A DNA stretch of 64,000 bases from Vicinamibacterales bacterium (GCA_035491715.1 DATJKH010000140.1:2071-66070); one strand, 5' to 3'; positions 36,997-46,615 are shown, counted from the stretch's first letter. The notes: generated by a model not told the origin, from the letters alone. Numbers and translations: made by a program.

Positions 36997-37248
36997 TTAA
37001 CGATGCGCGGCGTGCCGAGAACCGCCGTCGGTCCGATGGCGGCGGAGGATAGTCTCCATCTGATCTTTTAGTTGGAGCTTGACCTTTTTCAACCGGACTT
37101 CTTCGAGCTGTTCTGGCTGCGTCAGATAGGGGCGATCGCTGAGGTTGTGAATCTGTTCGTCGAGGGCGTGGTGGCGGCTGGCTAACTGTCGATACTCTTC
37201 GTCGCTCTGTAACAGCTGACGCTTCAGCTCTTCGAAGTCGTTTGGCAT
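36997..37248 (-). CDS. DUF465 (YdcH-like) small protein
   Basis: 83 aa. LLQSDEEYRQLASRHHALDEQI...LEEVRLKKVKLQLKDQM pattern. Confidence 0.75.
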   Translation of the reverse strand: MPNDFEELKRQLLQSDEEYRQLASRHHALDEQIHNLSDRPYLTQPEQLEEVRLKKVKLQLKDQMETILRRHRTDGGSRHAAHR

Positions 37249-37319
37249 TTCCGACCTCCTGGGAATGAAGTTACTCCTGGACGCTCATAAATCCAACCTA
37301 TCACAAGGGGCGGCACGCT

Positions 37320-37817
37320 TCAAGGTTCCGTATTTAAATTCAAAAAGCCGAGTTTTTGGCTCCAGAGAACGAGGGCGTCCTCGACCGGCTGGGTATAGTA
37401 CGCCCGTCTCACCCCCCGCACCTCGAAGTCGAACCGGTCGTACAGTCGCAGGGCCGCCACGTTTGACCGGCGGACTTCCAGTGTTGCGCGGGTGATGCCG
37501 GCGGCGGCGGCTTCGGCAAGTACGAATCGCAACAACCGCGTCGCGTGGCCGCGCCTGCGAAATTCGTCGGCAACCGCCAGCGTGTTGATGTGCAACTCGT
37601 CGGCGACGAACCAGCAGCCACAGAATCCGACCAGCCGTCGGTCGCCATCGCGCAGCACATAGACACGGACGACGTCGGTATTTCGAAGGTCGCGCTCCAG
37701 CGTGTCGCGCGACCACGGGTTGCTGAACGAGGCGGCTTCGAGGGCGACGACGTCGGCAAGATCGTCCCGGGCATGCAGGCGCGAGATCGAATAGTCAGGC
37801 ACGTCGTTAGCCGTCAT
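37320..37817 (-). CDS. rimI: Ribosomal-protein-alanine N-acetyltransferase RimI (GNAT)
   Basis: 165 aa. GNAT motif A (RRRGHATRLL). Overlaps the tsaB stop, which is the conserved tsaB-rimI pairing. Confidence 0.85.
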   Translation of the reverse strand: MTANDVPDYSISRLHARDDLADVVALEAASFSNPWSRDTLERDLRNTDVVRVYVLRDGDRRLVGFCGCWFVADELHINTLAVADEFRRRGHATRLLRFVLAEAAAAGITRATLEVRRSNVAALRLYDRFDFEVRGVRRAYYTQPVEDALVLWSQKLGFLNLNTEP

Positions 37818-38506
37818 GGCAGCGCGGCGCGCCGCGCGCGCGCGAGTTCCGCGTCCGACCGGCGGACGTAGATCGGAACGATCGCGTGCGGCAGAACGGC
37901 GCGCGCGGGATTGTCAGCCGCGATCTGGCCGACGAGACCGGCAAGCGGCGGTGGTGCCACGATCGTCACGTCATCGCCGATGCGGCGGCGCAAACGGTCC
38001 TCGTGACGCGTACCGCCATCGCCAACGAACGTTACCTGCGTGAGATCCGTTGTATCCGACCAGGCGTTCAGTACTGCCTCGGGTGCCGCCGATACCGGTG
38101 GAATCAACTCGTCATTGCCATCTGCCGAGTAGAGCGCGGCAAACACCTCAGCGCGTTGCGCGTCCATCCATGCACCGATCAGCCGATCGGCGTTGACCGC
38201 GGCGCGCGCAAGCGCCTCGAGCGCCGATACCGCGACGACACGTTTCTGCAGCGCCATCGCGATCCCTTGAATCGTCGCAATGCCCACGCGCAGCCCGGTG
38301 AACGATCCTGGGCCCGCTGCAACGGCAAGCAGGTCGATGTCTTCAACACGAACGCCCGCATCGGCGAGCGCCGCCGCCAGTTCACCGGGCAGTCGCTGCC
38401 CATGCGTCAAAGAGGGATCGCCGACCCGCTCGACACGAATCGTGCCGTCATGGAGCACGGCAATGCTCCCATCTCTCGTGGTCGTATCGAGCGCGAGAAT
38501 GATCAC
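37814..38506 (-). CDS. tsaB: tRNA threonylcarbamoyladenosine biosynthesis protein TsaB
   Basis: ORF 37814..38542. GTG at 38506 gives (M)IILALDTTTRDGSIAV, followed by GPGSFTGLRVG. Confidence 0.85.
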   Translation of the reverse strand: MIILALDTTTRDGSIAVLHDGTIRVERVGDPSLTHGQRLPGELAAALADAGVRVEDIDLLAVAAGPGSFTGLRVGIATIQGIAMALQKRVVAVSALEALARAAVNADRLIGAWMDAQRAEVFAALYSADGNDELIPPVSAAPEAVLNAWSDTTDLTQVTFVGDGGTRHEDRLRRRIGDDVTIVAPPPLAGLVGQIAADNPARAVLPHAIVPIYVRRSDAELARARRAALP

Positions 38507-38592
38507 GATGAATAAACCTTGTAGAACCCGGACGAACCCCAACAGAACCCAATAAACCTAGATGTTATACTCACGCCCAGACGCTCCCCGAA

Positions 38593-41235
38593 ATGGCCTC
38601 CCCTCCTGTGTCTTCGGAACCCACCGGCGCAACGCCGGCCATGCGTCAGTATTTCGAAGCCAAGCGCCAGTTCCGCGACGCGATCGTGTTTTTTCGCATG
38701 GGGGATTTTTACGAGATGTTCTACGAGGACGCGCTCACGGCGGCGCGCGCCCTCGAACTGACCCTCACCTCTCGCTCCAAGGATTCCAGTGGCGGTGCCA
38801 TTCCGATGTGTGGGGTGCCGCATCATGCGGCCGACGGCTATATTGCGCGGCTCGTGAAGAAAGGGTTTCGCGTCGCCGTCTGCGAGCAGATGGAAGACCC
38901 GAAAAAGGCCAAGGGGCTGGTCCGTCGCGAAGTCGTGCGCGTCGTCTCGCCAGGCACACTCACTGACGCGAGCTATCTCGACGCGCGCGAGCCGGCGTTT
39001 CTCATGGGCATCTTTCCCGCTGGAGCATCTGCCTATGGGGTGGCGCTGCTCGACGTCTCCACCGGCGAGTTCACGGCGACCGAGTATTCAGGAGAGGCCG
39101 GGCGTCAGTCGCTTGCCGACGAGCTGGTCGTCATTCGTCCGCGCGAGATCCTTGCCCCGAGCGGTGCCACCGACGTCGTGGAAATGGTGAACCGGTTGCG
39201 GCTCGACACCCGCGTGACGAGCGCCGCCGACTGGACGTTCGAGTTCGAAGCGGCTCGAGCCGCCGTCTTGTCGCAGACCGGTGCGCAAACACTTCATGGT
39301 TTCGGTCTCGAGGATCACTTGGCAGCGACGAGCGCCGCGGGAGCGCTCGTGCAGTATCTACGCGAAACACAGAAAGCGGATCTCGCGCACGTGCGAGACC
39401 TGAGCTACAGGACTGGCGCCGATTCGATGGTCGTTGATCCAACGACGCTGCGTAATCTCGAAGTCATTGCGGCGGCAGACGGCGGCAAGAACGGTTCGCT
39501 GCTGCAGGAAATCGATCGAACGGTGACCTCGATGGGCGGCCGCCTGATTCGATCGTGGGTTCTACGGCCGCTCCTCGCCCTCGAACGGATTCAGGATCGC
39601 CTCGACGCCGTCGAAGAGTTTGCCTTTCGCAGCACCGAGCGAGCCAAGGTGCGCGAAACGCTGAAAGGCGTGCACGACATCGAACGGCTGGTGGCGCGAG
39701 CGGCGTTAGGCACCGCTGGACCACGCGATCTCGTCGCCCTGCGGCAATCGCTTGCCGCCGTTCCGCGAATCCGTATGCTGCTCGAACCGTTTCAGGCGCC
39801 GCTCAACCGCAGCCTCGAAGCCGAACTCGACGATCTCTCCGACCTTCGAGCGGAACTCGATCGTGTGCTCGACGACGAACCACCGGCGAACGCCCGCGAC
39901 GGCGGCGTGGTCCGCGACGGTGTCGATCCTGAACTCGACGACTTGCGCGGTATCAGTCGGTCCGGAAAGGAACGGATCGCGGCGATGGAAGAAGCCGAAC
40001 GCGCGCGAACCGGAATCGGGTCACTGAAGATCCGTTTCAATCGCGTGTTTGGCTACTACATCGAGGTCTCACGATCGAACCTCTCGAACGTACCGTCTGA
40101 TTACCATCGCAAGCAGACAATCGCCGGTGGTGAACGTTTCATTACGCCTGATTTGAAGGCGTACGAAGAAAAGGTGCTGGGCGCCGACGAGCGGATTCTC
40201 GAGCGCGAGGTCGCACTCTTCGAAGACCTGCGCCGGCGTGTCGCGGTGGAGGCACCGCGGATTCAGGACACCGCCAGAGGACTGGCGACGTTCGACGCGT
40301 TGAGCGCGATGGCCGAAACCGCCGCCGTCCAAAACTACACCAAGCCGTTGATGCACGCCGGTGACGAGCTCGCGGCGACGGATGTGCGGCACGCGGTCGT
40401 CGAGCGATTTGCCGCTGATGCGTTCGTGCCGAACGACGTGCGCCTCGACGGCGACCAGCACCAGCTGGTGATTCTCACCGGGCCGAACATGGGAGGCAAG
40501 TCGACATACCTTCGTCAGACGGCGCTGCTCTGCCTGATGGCGCAGGCTGGATCGTTCGTGCCCGCCCGGTCAGCAAAGCTGCCGATCGTTGATCGGATCT
40601 TCGCGCGTGTCGGGGCCGCCGATAACATTGCCCGTGGCCAATCGACGTTCATGGTCGAGATGCAGGAGACGGCGAACATCCTGCACAGCGCGACGGCGAG
40701 AAGCCTGGTGATCCTCGATGAAATCGGCCGCGGCACCTCGACGTTCGATGGGTTGAGTCTCGCCTGGGCGGTCGCTGAGCACCTCGCCTCCAATCCTCGA
40801 GCGCGGCCAAAAACCATATTCGCAACGCACTATCACGAGCTGACGGATCTTGCCGACGCACTGCCCGGGGTCGTCAACTTCCATGTCGTCGTTCGTGAAT
40901 GGAAGGACGACATCGTTTTTCTGCGCAAGGTCGTGCCCGGACGATCGGACCGCAGCTATGGCATCCACGTGGCGCGGTTAGCCGGGCTGCCTCCCGCCGT
41001 GGTTGCGCGAGCGCGCGAGATCTTGAATGGACTGGAGCGAGACGAGCTGTCGCGTGGCGGACGCCCGTCGATGAGCGCCGCCGAAAACGCCGCTCAAGGT
41101 CAGATGGGATTGTTCCAGGTGCCGACCGAGGACGACGCGCTCCGCCGGCGGCTGCGCAGCCTCGATGTCAACGAGATCACTCCGATGCAGGCGTTGACGT
41201 TGCTCGCGGAATTGAGAGCCGAGGCGGACGAATGA
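38593..41235 (+). CDS. mutS: DNA mismatch repair protein MutS
   Basis: 880 aa. TPAMRQYFEAK, FRMGDFYEMF, Walker A GPNMGGKST, DEIGRGTSTFDG. Confidence 0.96.
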   Translation: MASPPVSSEPTGATPAMRQYFEAKRQFRDAIVFFRMGDFYEMFYEDALTAARALELTLTSRSKDSSGGAIPMCGVPHHAADGYIARLVKKGFRVAVCEQMEDPKKAKGLVRREVVRVVSPGTLTDASYLDAREPAFLMGIFPAGASAYGVALLDVSTGEFTATEYSGEAGRQSLADELVVIRPREILAPSGATDVVEMVNRLRLDTRVTSAADWTFEFEAARAAVLSQTGAQTLHGFGLEDHLAATSAAGALVQYLRETQKADLAHVRDLSYRTGADSMVVDPTTLRNLEVIAAADGGKNGSLLQEIDRTVTSMGGRLIRSWVLRPLLALERIQDRLDAVEEFAFRSTERAKVRETLKGVHDIERLVARAALGTAGPRDLVALRQSLAAVPRIRMLLEPFQAPLNRSLEAELDDLSDLRAELDRVLDDEPPANARDGGVVRDGVDPELDDLRGISRSGKERIAAMEEAERARTGIGSLKIRFNRVFGYYIEVSRSNLSNVPSDYHRKQTIAGGERFITPDLKAYEEKVLGADERILEREVALFEDLRRRVAVEAPRIQDTARGLATFDALSAMAETAAVQNYTKPLMHAGDELAATDVRHAVVERFAADAFVPNDVRLDGDQHQLVILTGPNMGGKSTYLRQTALLCLMAQAGSFVPARSAKLPIVDRIFARVGAADNIARGQSTFMVEMQETANILHSATARSLVILDEIGRGTSTFDGLSLAWAVAEHLASNPRARPKTIFATHYHELTDLADALPGVVNFHVVVREWKDDIVFLRKVVPGRSDRSYGIHVARLAGLPPAVVARAREILNGLERDELSRGGRPSMSAAENAAQGQMGLFQVPTEDDALRRRLRSLDVNEITPMQALTLLAELRAEADE

Positions 41236-42803
41236 CACAACTCTGTGGCTTCCGCTTTCAGGCGGAAGGACACGTGCGCGCCCTGCTCCTTGTCACCGCG
41301 CTGCTCGCGGCATCCGCCTGCTCGCACGAACGGCCAAACGGCAACGTCATCATCCTCGGCACCACCAATTCGGCAACCAACCTCGACCCCCGTGTCGGGA
41401 CGGACGAAGCCTCACAGAAGATCCATCAATTGATCTTCAACACACTGGTTCATATCGACAGCCAGTTGCGCGTCGTCCCCGAGCTGGCCGAGTCGATCGA
41501 GCATCCTGATCCGCTGACCTACATCGCGCGGCTGCGAAAGGGCGTGCTGTTTCACAACGGTCGCGAGCTGACGTCTGCGGATGTCGTCTATACGTTCCGC
41601 AGTTTTCTCGACCCGACGTTCAAGGGACGTTCGGGGGCATACCGCGTTGTCGCTGCGGTCAACGCCATCGACCCCTACGCGGTCGAATTCAAACTGAAGA
41701 ACCCGCTGAATTCATTTCCCGTCAACCTGGTGATGGGAATCGTGCAGGACGGCTCCGGCGCGGCAAACGCGCGGAAGCCGATAGGCACGGGACCCTACCG
41801 CCTGACGGAGTTCGTGCCTGACGACCACGTCGGCTTAGCCGCGTTCGATCAGCATTTCGCCGGCCGGCCGCGCAACGACGGTCTCGTTCTGAAAGTGATT
41901 CCCGACGACACTATGCGCGGGCTCGAACTACGCAAGGGCTCGGTCGATCTCATCGTCAACGACCTCTCTCCCGATATCGTCTGGCAGCTGCAGCGCGAGG
42001 GGCGTGTGCAGGTAGAAACCGCCGCGGGTACCGACTATGCCTACGTCGGTCTGAATCTCAATGATCCGGTGCTCCGCCACGTCGAGGTGCGCAAAGCGAT
42101 TGGCTATGCGATCGATCGCGATGCGATCGTCAAATACTTGCGCCGTGGATTTGCCAGTAGGGCGGTCGGCATCGTGCCACCGATGTCGTGGGCATTCGAA
42201 AAAGAGGTCTTCGATTTCACCCACGATCCGGTGAAAGCCGAGCAACTGCTCGACGCCGCCGGCTTCCGGGATCCGGACGGGTCGGGGCCGCTTCCGCGTT
42301 TTCGCGTGTCGCTGAAAACGTCGACGACGGAGGTGTATCGAATCCAAGCCGCGGCCATTCAGCATGACCTCGCGCGCGTTGGCATCGCCGTCGACGTTCG
42401 TTCATCGGAGTTCCAGACATTGTCCGCCGACGTGCTGCGCGGAAACTTTCAAATGTACACGCTCCAGTTCGTCGGCGTCACCGATCCCGACATCCTCCGG
42501 CTCGTGTATCACTCGCAGCAGGTGCCGCCAACCGGTCTCAACCGGGTGCGCTATCAAAACAACGAGGTGGATCGCCTGATCGAAGGTGCATCGGCGGCGG
42601 CCGACGATGAAGAGCGCCGGAAGCTGTATGGTCAGGCGCAGCGGCGCATTGCCGACGATGTGCCCTACATCCCGCTGTGGGACAAGACCAACGTGGCGAT
42701 TTTCCAGCCGGACATCCACGGCGTCACGCTCTCCCCCATCGCTGATTTCACGTTCCTCAAAGACGTTTACCGCCAGCCGAACGGGAGCCGTTCCGGTTCG
42801 TGA
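41232..42803 (+). CDS. ABC transporter substrate-binding lipoprotein, family 5 (peptide/nickel type)
   Basis: ORF 40899..42803 trimmed to ATG 41232, which overlaps the mutS TGA as ATGA. Lipobox LLAASAC. SBP_bac_5-like sequence throughout. Confidence 0.85.
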   Translation: MTQLCGFRFQAEGHVRALLLVTALLAASACSHERPNGNVIILGTTNSATNLDPRVGTDEASQKIHQLIFNTLVHIDSQLRVVPELAESIEHPDPLTYIARLRKGVLFHNGRELTSADVVYTFRSFLDPTFKGRSGAYRVVAAVNAIDPYAVEFKLKNPLNSFPVNLVMGIVQDGSGAANARKPIGTGPYRLTEFVPDDHVGLAAFDQHFAGRPRNDGLVLKVIPDDTMRGLELRKGSVDLIVNDLSPDIVWQLQREGRVQVETAAGTDYAYVGLNLNDPVLRHVEVRKAIGYAIDRDAIVKYLRRGFASRAVGIVPPMSWAFEKEVFDFTHDPVKAEQLLDAAGFRDPDGSGPLPRFRVSLKTSTTEVYRIQAAAIQHDLARVGIAVDVRSSEFQTLSADVLRGNFQMYTLQFVGVTDPDILRLVYHSQQVPPTGLNRVRYQNNEVDRLIEGASAAADDEERRKLYGQAQRRIADDVPYIPLWDKTNVAIFQPDIHGVTLSPIADFTFLKDVYRQPNGSRSGS

Positions 42804-45625
42804 GCCCCGTTGTCCGACTCGTCGTTGGCCTGATCCTCGTGGTCGTCGGTTGCTCTTCCGCGGACGCTGCCAATCGCTACGACCCGCGGTTTCGATTTCG
42901 CACCATCACAACGCCGCATTTCGCTATTCACTTTCATCAGCGGGAGGAATCGCTCGCGCGCAGGCTGGCGACGATTGCGGAAGATGTTTTCGCTCGCGTC
43001 TCGCGTCAGATCGGCACGCCCAGCGGTCGGGTGCACGTCATTCTGGTCGACCAGCACGATATCTCGAACGGCTGGGCGACACCGGTCCCCTTCAACTTGA
43101 TCGAGATTAGCGTGGCGGCCCCTGCCGGCGACAGCACCATCGGCAACACCGATGATTGGCTTCGACTCGTCTTGGCGCACGAGTACACGCATATCGTGCA
43201 TCTCGACAAGGCTCGCGGATGGATCGGCGGGCTCCGCAACGTCTTCGGACGTGCGCCCGTGTTGTATCCGAATCTGTTTCTGCCGCTGTGGCAGATCGAA
43301 GGGATTGCGACCTACAACGAGAGTGTGTTGACGGGCGAAGGCCGGGTGCCGACCGGAGACTTCCGCATGATCGTCGATCGCGCCGCGGCGGTTCGGCGGT
43401 TCGACCCGATCGATCGGGCGAACGGTGGCCTGATCGACTGGCCAGGAGGATCGACGCAGTACGCGTACGGCGCATACTTCCATCAATACCTCGCCGACCG
43501 TTACGGCCCGGAGTCGATCGCGAAGCTGGTCGCCGAAACGTCGGGCCGCCTGCCGTACCTGGGCGCTCCGGCATTTCGCAAAGTCTTTAAACGCTCGCTG
43601 GGCGAACTCTGGGACGACTTCGAAACCGATACCAACACCCGCGCCGCGGCGCAGTCGGATAGCACCAGCCCGCGTCGCCTGACCCATCATGGATTCTCTG
43701 TCGGTGGCCCCAGCTTCGGAGAACACGGACAAATCTTGTACTCAGTGGCCAATCCACACGGATTCCCCGCCCTCATGAAGTTGAGCGGTGACGGATCGAA
43801 TCCGCGCGAAGTGACAACGAGATACCTCGGACGGCAAATCGGCGCTCGTGGTGGACGTCTCGTGTTCGATCAGTTCGAGCTCGTGCACAACGTCGGCTTA
43901 CAGTCCGACCTGTATATGGTCGGCGAGAATGGCGGCAACGTTCGACGCCTAACACATCTCGCGAGGGCGCAAGATCCGGATCTCTCGCCGGACGGAAAGA
44001 CCATCGTCTGCACGATTCAACGCGCAGATCGCCGCGATGTCGCGACCCTCGAACTCCCCGCTGCGGGTTTTGCGTCGCCCACGGTTCTGCTGTCGGACGC
44101 GGCCGTCGACTACTCGTCACCGCGATGGTCGCCTGACGGTCGATCGATTGTTGCGGAGCGTCGACGTCTCGGTGGTCCGTCAGAGATCGTCATCATTGAT
44201 GCGACGACCGGTCGCAGCCGGGCACTCGTGTCATCACATGACGCGCGTAACGTGACACCTGCGTGGTTGTCAGCGACGACGGTTCTGTTTGCGTCCGATC
44301 GCGGCGGACAGCCGTTCAGCCTCTACGCAGTTGATACCGGATCGGGCGCCGTGCGGCGTCTGAACGGCACCGGTTCGTCGGCGCAATCGCCCGCTGTGTC
44401 GCCTGATGGTGAGACGCTGCTTTTCGTTGGCTACACGGCAGACGGGTACGATCTGTTCACCATTCCGCTGACGTCGGCGTCGTGGACAAACGTGGACTCG
44501 ACACCACGTTCTGGTCCGTCATCGCAGGTTGAGCCGTCGCCGCCGATCGACACGAATGCGATCAGCGATACCGTCTATCGTCCGTGGCGAACTCTCGCTC
44601 CGCAGTCCTGGCTGCCGATCGTTGAATCCGACTCCGGCGAGTTGGCGGTCGGCGCGGAGACGGGGGCGAACGATGCCCTCGGCCGACACGCATATGACGC
44701 GACCGTCGCCTGGGCGTCGTCGAGAGCGCGTCCCGACTGGTTGGTCGCCTACGGCTACGATCGATGGTGGCCGACCTTGTTCGCCAGTGTGTCGGACGAC
44801 ACCGATCCATGGCGCGGTGGCGAGATTCGAACGCGTGAGGTCAACGCCGGGACGCTGTTCACCGTCGCGCGCGTCCGATGGTCGCAGACGGCACTGACGG
44901 CGCTCAATCTGTCCGACGACACCTTCTCCTGTGATGTGTGCACCGACCGTCCGGCACAGGATGTCGTCCAGCGCGGCGCAATTCGGCTGGGCTGGAATTT
45001 CGTGAATGCAAAAAGCTACGGCTACTCCGTCACTCGCGAGTCGGGAACTGCCGTTCGAGTGACCTGGGAGAATGCGCCGGAAGCGCTTGGCTCGGACGCC
45101 TCATCGAGCTCGATCACGATCGACACGAGAGCGTACGGTCAACTCGGTCCGCGTCATGCAGCCATCGCGGCTCGATTGGCCGGCGCATCGTCATGGGGAG
45201 ACGAGCATGCGCGCCGCGTCTTCAGCGCCGCAGGTTCGGACGCGGCCCCGGCTTTTTTTGATTTTGGCCGAAGCGCTGTCGGGTTGCTTCGAGGTTTCGA
45301 CTCCGATACGGTCATCGGCAGTCGCGCGGCAGTTGCCAATCTCGACTACCGCTTTCCCGTGCGGTATATCCAGCGCGGCTCTGGCACGATTCCATTGTTC
45401 CTTCGCACGATCCATTCGGCGGTTTTTGCCGATGCCGCCAACGCGTGGAACGACACCTTCCGCTGGAACGATGTCCGTATTTCCGCGGGTGCCGAGCTCT
45501 CGGTCGACACGGTGATCGGTTTTGGACTTCCGCTTTCGTTCAGCGCCGGTGTCGCATGGCGCCACGATCCGGTGGGAACGCAGGACGGAGTTGCGGTGTT
45601 CGGGAGGATTGGACGGGCGTTCTAG
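42800..45625 (+). CDS. Multidomain envelope protein: HExxH region + PD40 (TolB-like) repeats + C-terminal beta-barrel-like domain ending in Phe
   Basis: 941 aa. Signal/lipobox LVVVGCSS, LAHEYTHIVH, PD40 motifs (DLSPDGKT, RWSPDGRS, AVSPDGET), alternating-hydrophobic C-terminus ...VAVFGRIGRAF. GTGA overlap with the upstream SBP gene. Confidence 0.65.
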   Translation: MSPVVRLVVGLILVVVGCSSADAANRYDPRFRFRTITTPHFAIHFHQREESLARRLATIAEDVFARVSRQIGTPSGRVHVILVDQHDISNGWATPVPFNLIEISVAAPAGDSTIGNTDDWLRLVLAHEYTHIVHLDKARGWIGGLRNVFGRAPVLYPNLFLPLWQIEGIATYNESVLTGEGRVPTGDFRMIVDRAAAVRRFDPIDRANGGLIDWPGGSTQYAYGAYFHQYLADRYGPESIAKLVAETSGRLPYLGAPAFRKVFKRSLGELWDDFETDTNTRAAAQSDSTSPRRLTHHGFSVGGPSFGEHGQILYSVANPHGFPALMKLSGDGSNPREVTTRYLGRQIGARGGRLVFDQFELVHNVGLQSDLYMVGENGGNVRRLTHLARAQDPDLSPDGKTIVCTIQRADRRDVATLELPAAGFASPTVLLSDAAVDYSSPRWSPDGRSIVAERRRLGGPSEIVIIDATTGRSRALVSSHDARNVTPAWLSATTVLFASDRGGQPFSLYAVDTGSGAVRRLNGTGSSAQSPAVSPDGETLLFVGYTADGYDLFTIPLTSASWTNVDSTPRSGPSSQVEPSPPIDTNAISDTVYRPWRTLAPQSWLPIVESDSGELAVGAETGANDALGRHAYDATVAWASSRARPDWLVAYGYDRWWPTLFASVSDDTDPWRGGEIRTREVNAGTLFTVARVRWSQTALTALNLSDDTFSCDVCTDRPAQDVVQRGAIRLGWNFVNAKSYGYSVTRESGTAVRVTWENAPEALGSDASSSSITIDTRAYGQLGPRHAAIAARLAGASSWGDEHARRVFSAAGSDAAPAFFDFGRSAVGLLRGFDSDTVIGSRAAVANLDYRFPVRYIQRGSGTIPLFLRTIHSAVFADAANAWNDTFRWNDVRISAGAELSVDTVIGFGLPLSFSAGVAWRHDPVGTQDGVAVFGRIGRAF

Positions 45626-45722
45626 CCATGTCCAATGCTCAATGTTCAATGTCCAATGTTCAACGACGTTGCGCATTAAGATTGAGCATCGAGCATTGGA
45701 CATTGGAACATTGAACATTGAT
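45626..45722 (+). repeat. Heptad-periodic palindromic element (TNCAATG units) filling the whole gap up to the speB ATG
   Basis: ccatg TCCAATG CTCAATG TTCAATG TCCAATG TTCAACG acgttgcg CATTAAG ATTGAGC ATCGAGC ATTGGAC ATTGGAA CATTGAA CATTGAT, immediately followed by ATG. Confidence 0.9.
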
Positions 45723-46613
45723 ATGAATTTCCCTTTCACCTACGACCATGGCGCGCCGATGGCCTTCGGCGGCGCCATGCCGACGATGCGCTCGTTTGAC
45801 GATTCGCGCGCGGTGATTCTGCCGGTTCCTGTCGATCGAACGACTTCTTACGTCTCAGGCACGCGCAACGGACCGCGAGAAATCATCGAGGCGTCGTCGC
45901 ACATGGAGTTGTGGGACGAAGAGATCGGTGCCGACGTCCACGACATCGGCATCTATACGCTGCCGCCGATGGAGCTGCCATTCGGCGAAATGGCGCCGCT
46001 GATGGATGAAATCCGTCGCGTCGCTTCCGAGATTCTGTCGCGCGGGAAATTCCTCGTGAGCCTCGGTGGCGAGCACTCGATCACGCCGCCGCTCGTAGAG
46101 GCGGCTGCAAGCGCCTTCAAGGGGCTGTCGGTGCTCCAGATCGATGCTCATGCGGATTTGCGCGAGTGCTACATGGGCACGCCACACAATCACGCGTGTG
46201 CGATGCGGCGGAGCCTCGAATTCGCCCGCGTGACACAAGTCGGCATTCGAAGCATGTCGACGGAAGAGGCTGAAGCGGCGCCGGGTCTCAATACGACGAT
46301 TTTTTACGACGCTCACATGCGAAAGGATCCTGCCTGGATCGACCGCGTTGTCGACACGCTGAAGGGGCCGGTTTACATAACAATCGACGTCGACGGCATG
46401 GATCCGGCGATCATGCCCGCGACCGGCACACCGGAACCCGGCGGCCTGTCGTGGTACGAGATCCTGGCGCTCCTGCGGGCAACCATCTCAAAGAGAGAGG
46501 TCGTCGCCTGCGACGTTGTCGAGTTGAGTCCGTTGCCCGGGCTGATGGCGCCCAATTTTCTGTGCGCGAAGCTGGTTTATAAGATTCTGACCTATCGGTT
46601 TGCTGGGAGGTAG
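45723..46613 (+). CDS. speB: Agmatinase (arginase/ureohydrolase family)
   Basis: ORF 45522..46613 trimmed to ATG 45723. Metal-binding blocks GGEHSIT, QIDAHADL, ITIDVDGMDP, DVVELSP. Confidence 0.88.
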   Translation: MNFPFTYDHGAPMAFGGAMPTMRSFDDSRAVILPVPVDRTTSYVSGTRNGPREIIEASSHMELWDEEIGADVHDIGIYTLPPMELPFGEMAPLMDEIRRVASEILSRGKFLVSLGGEHSITPPLVEAAASAFKGLSVLQIDAHADLRECYMGTPHNHACAMRRSLEFARVTQVGIRSMSTEEAEAAPGLNTTIFYDAHMRKDPAWIDRVVDTLKGPVYITIDVDGMDPAIMPATGTPEPGGLSWYEILALLRATISKREVVACDVVELSPLPGLMAPNFLCAKLVYKILTYRFAGR

Positions 46614-46615
46614 TC

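Noticed and set aside
45626-45722. Heptad arrays as a CRISPR array or minisatellite-encoded peptide (track translations such as MFNVQCSMFNV and GNWKLGTGNWKL)
   Set aside because: The units are contiguous 7-mers with no spacers, the arrays are palindromic and under 100 nt, and there are no cas genes. The peptide readings exist in several frames and strands, and the elements lie exactly between stop and start codons.
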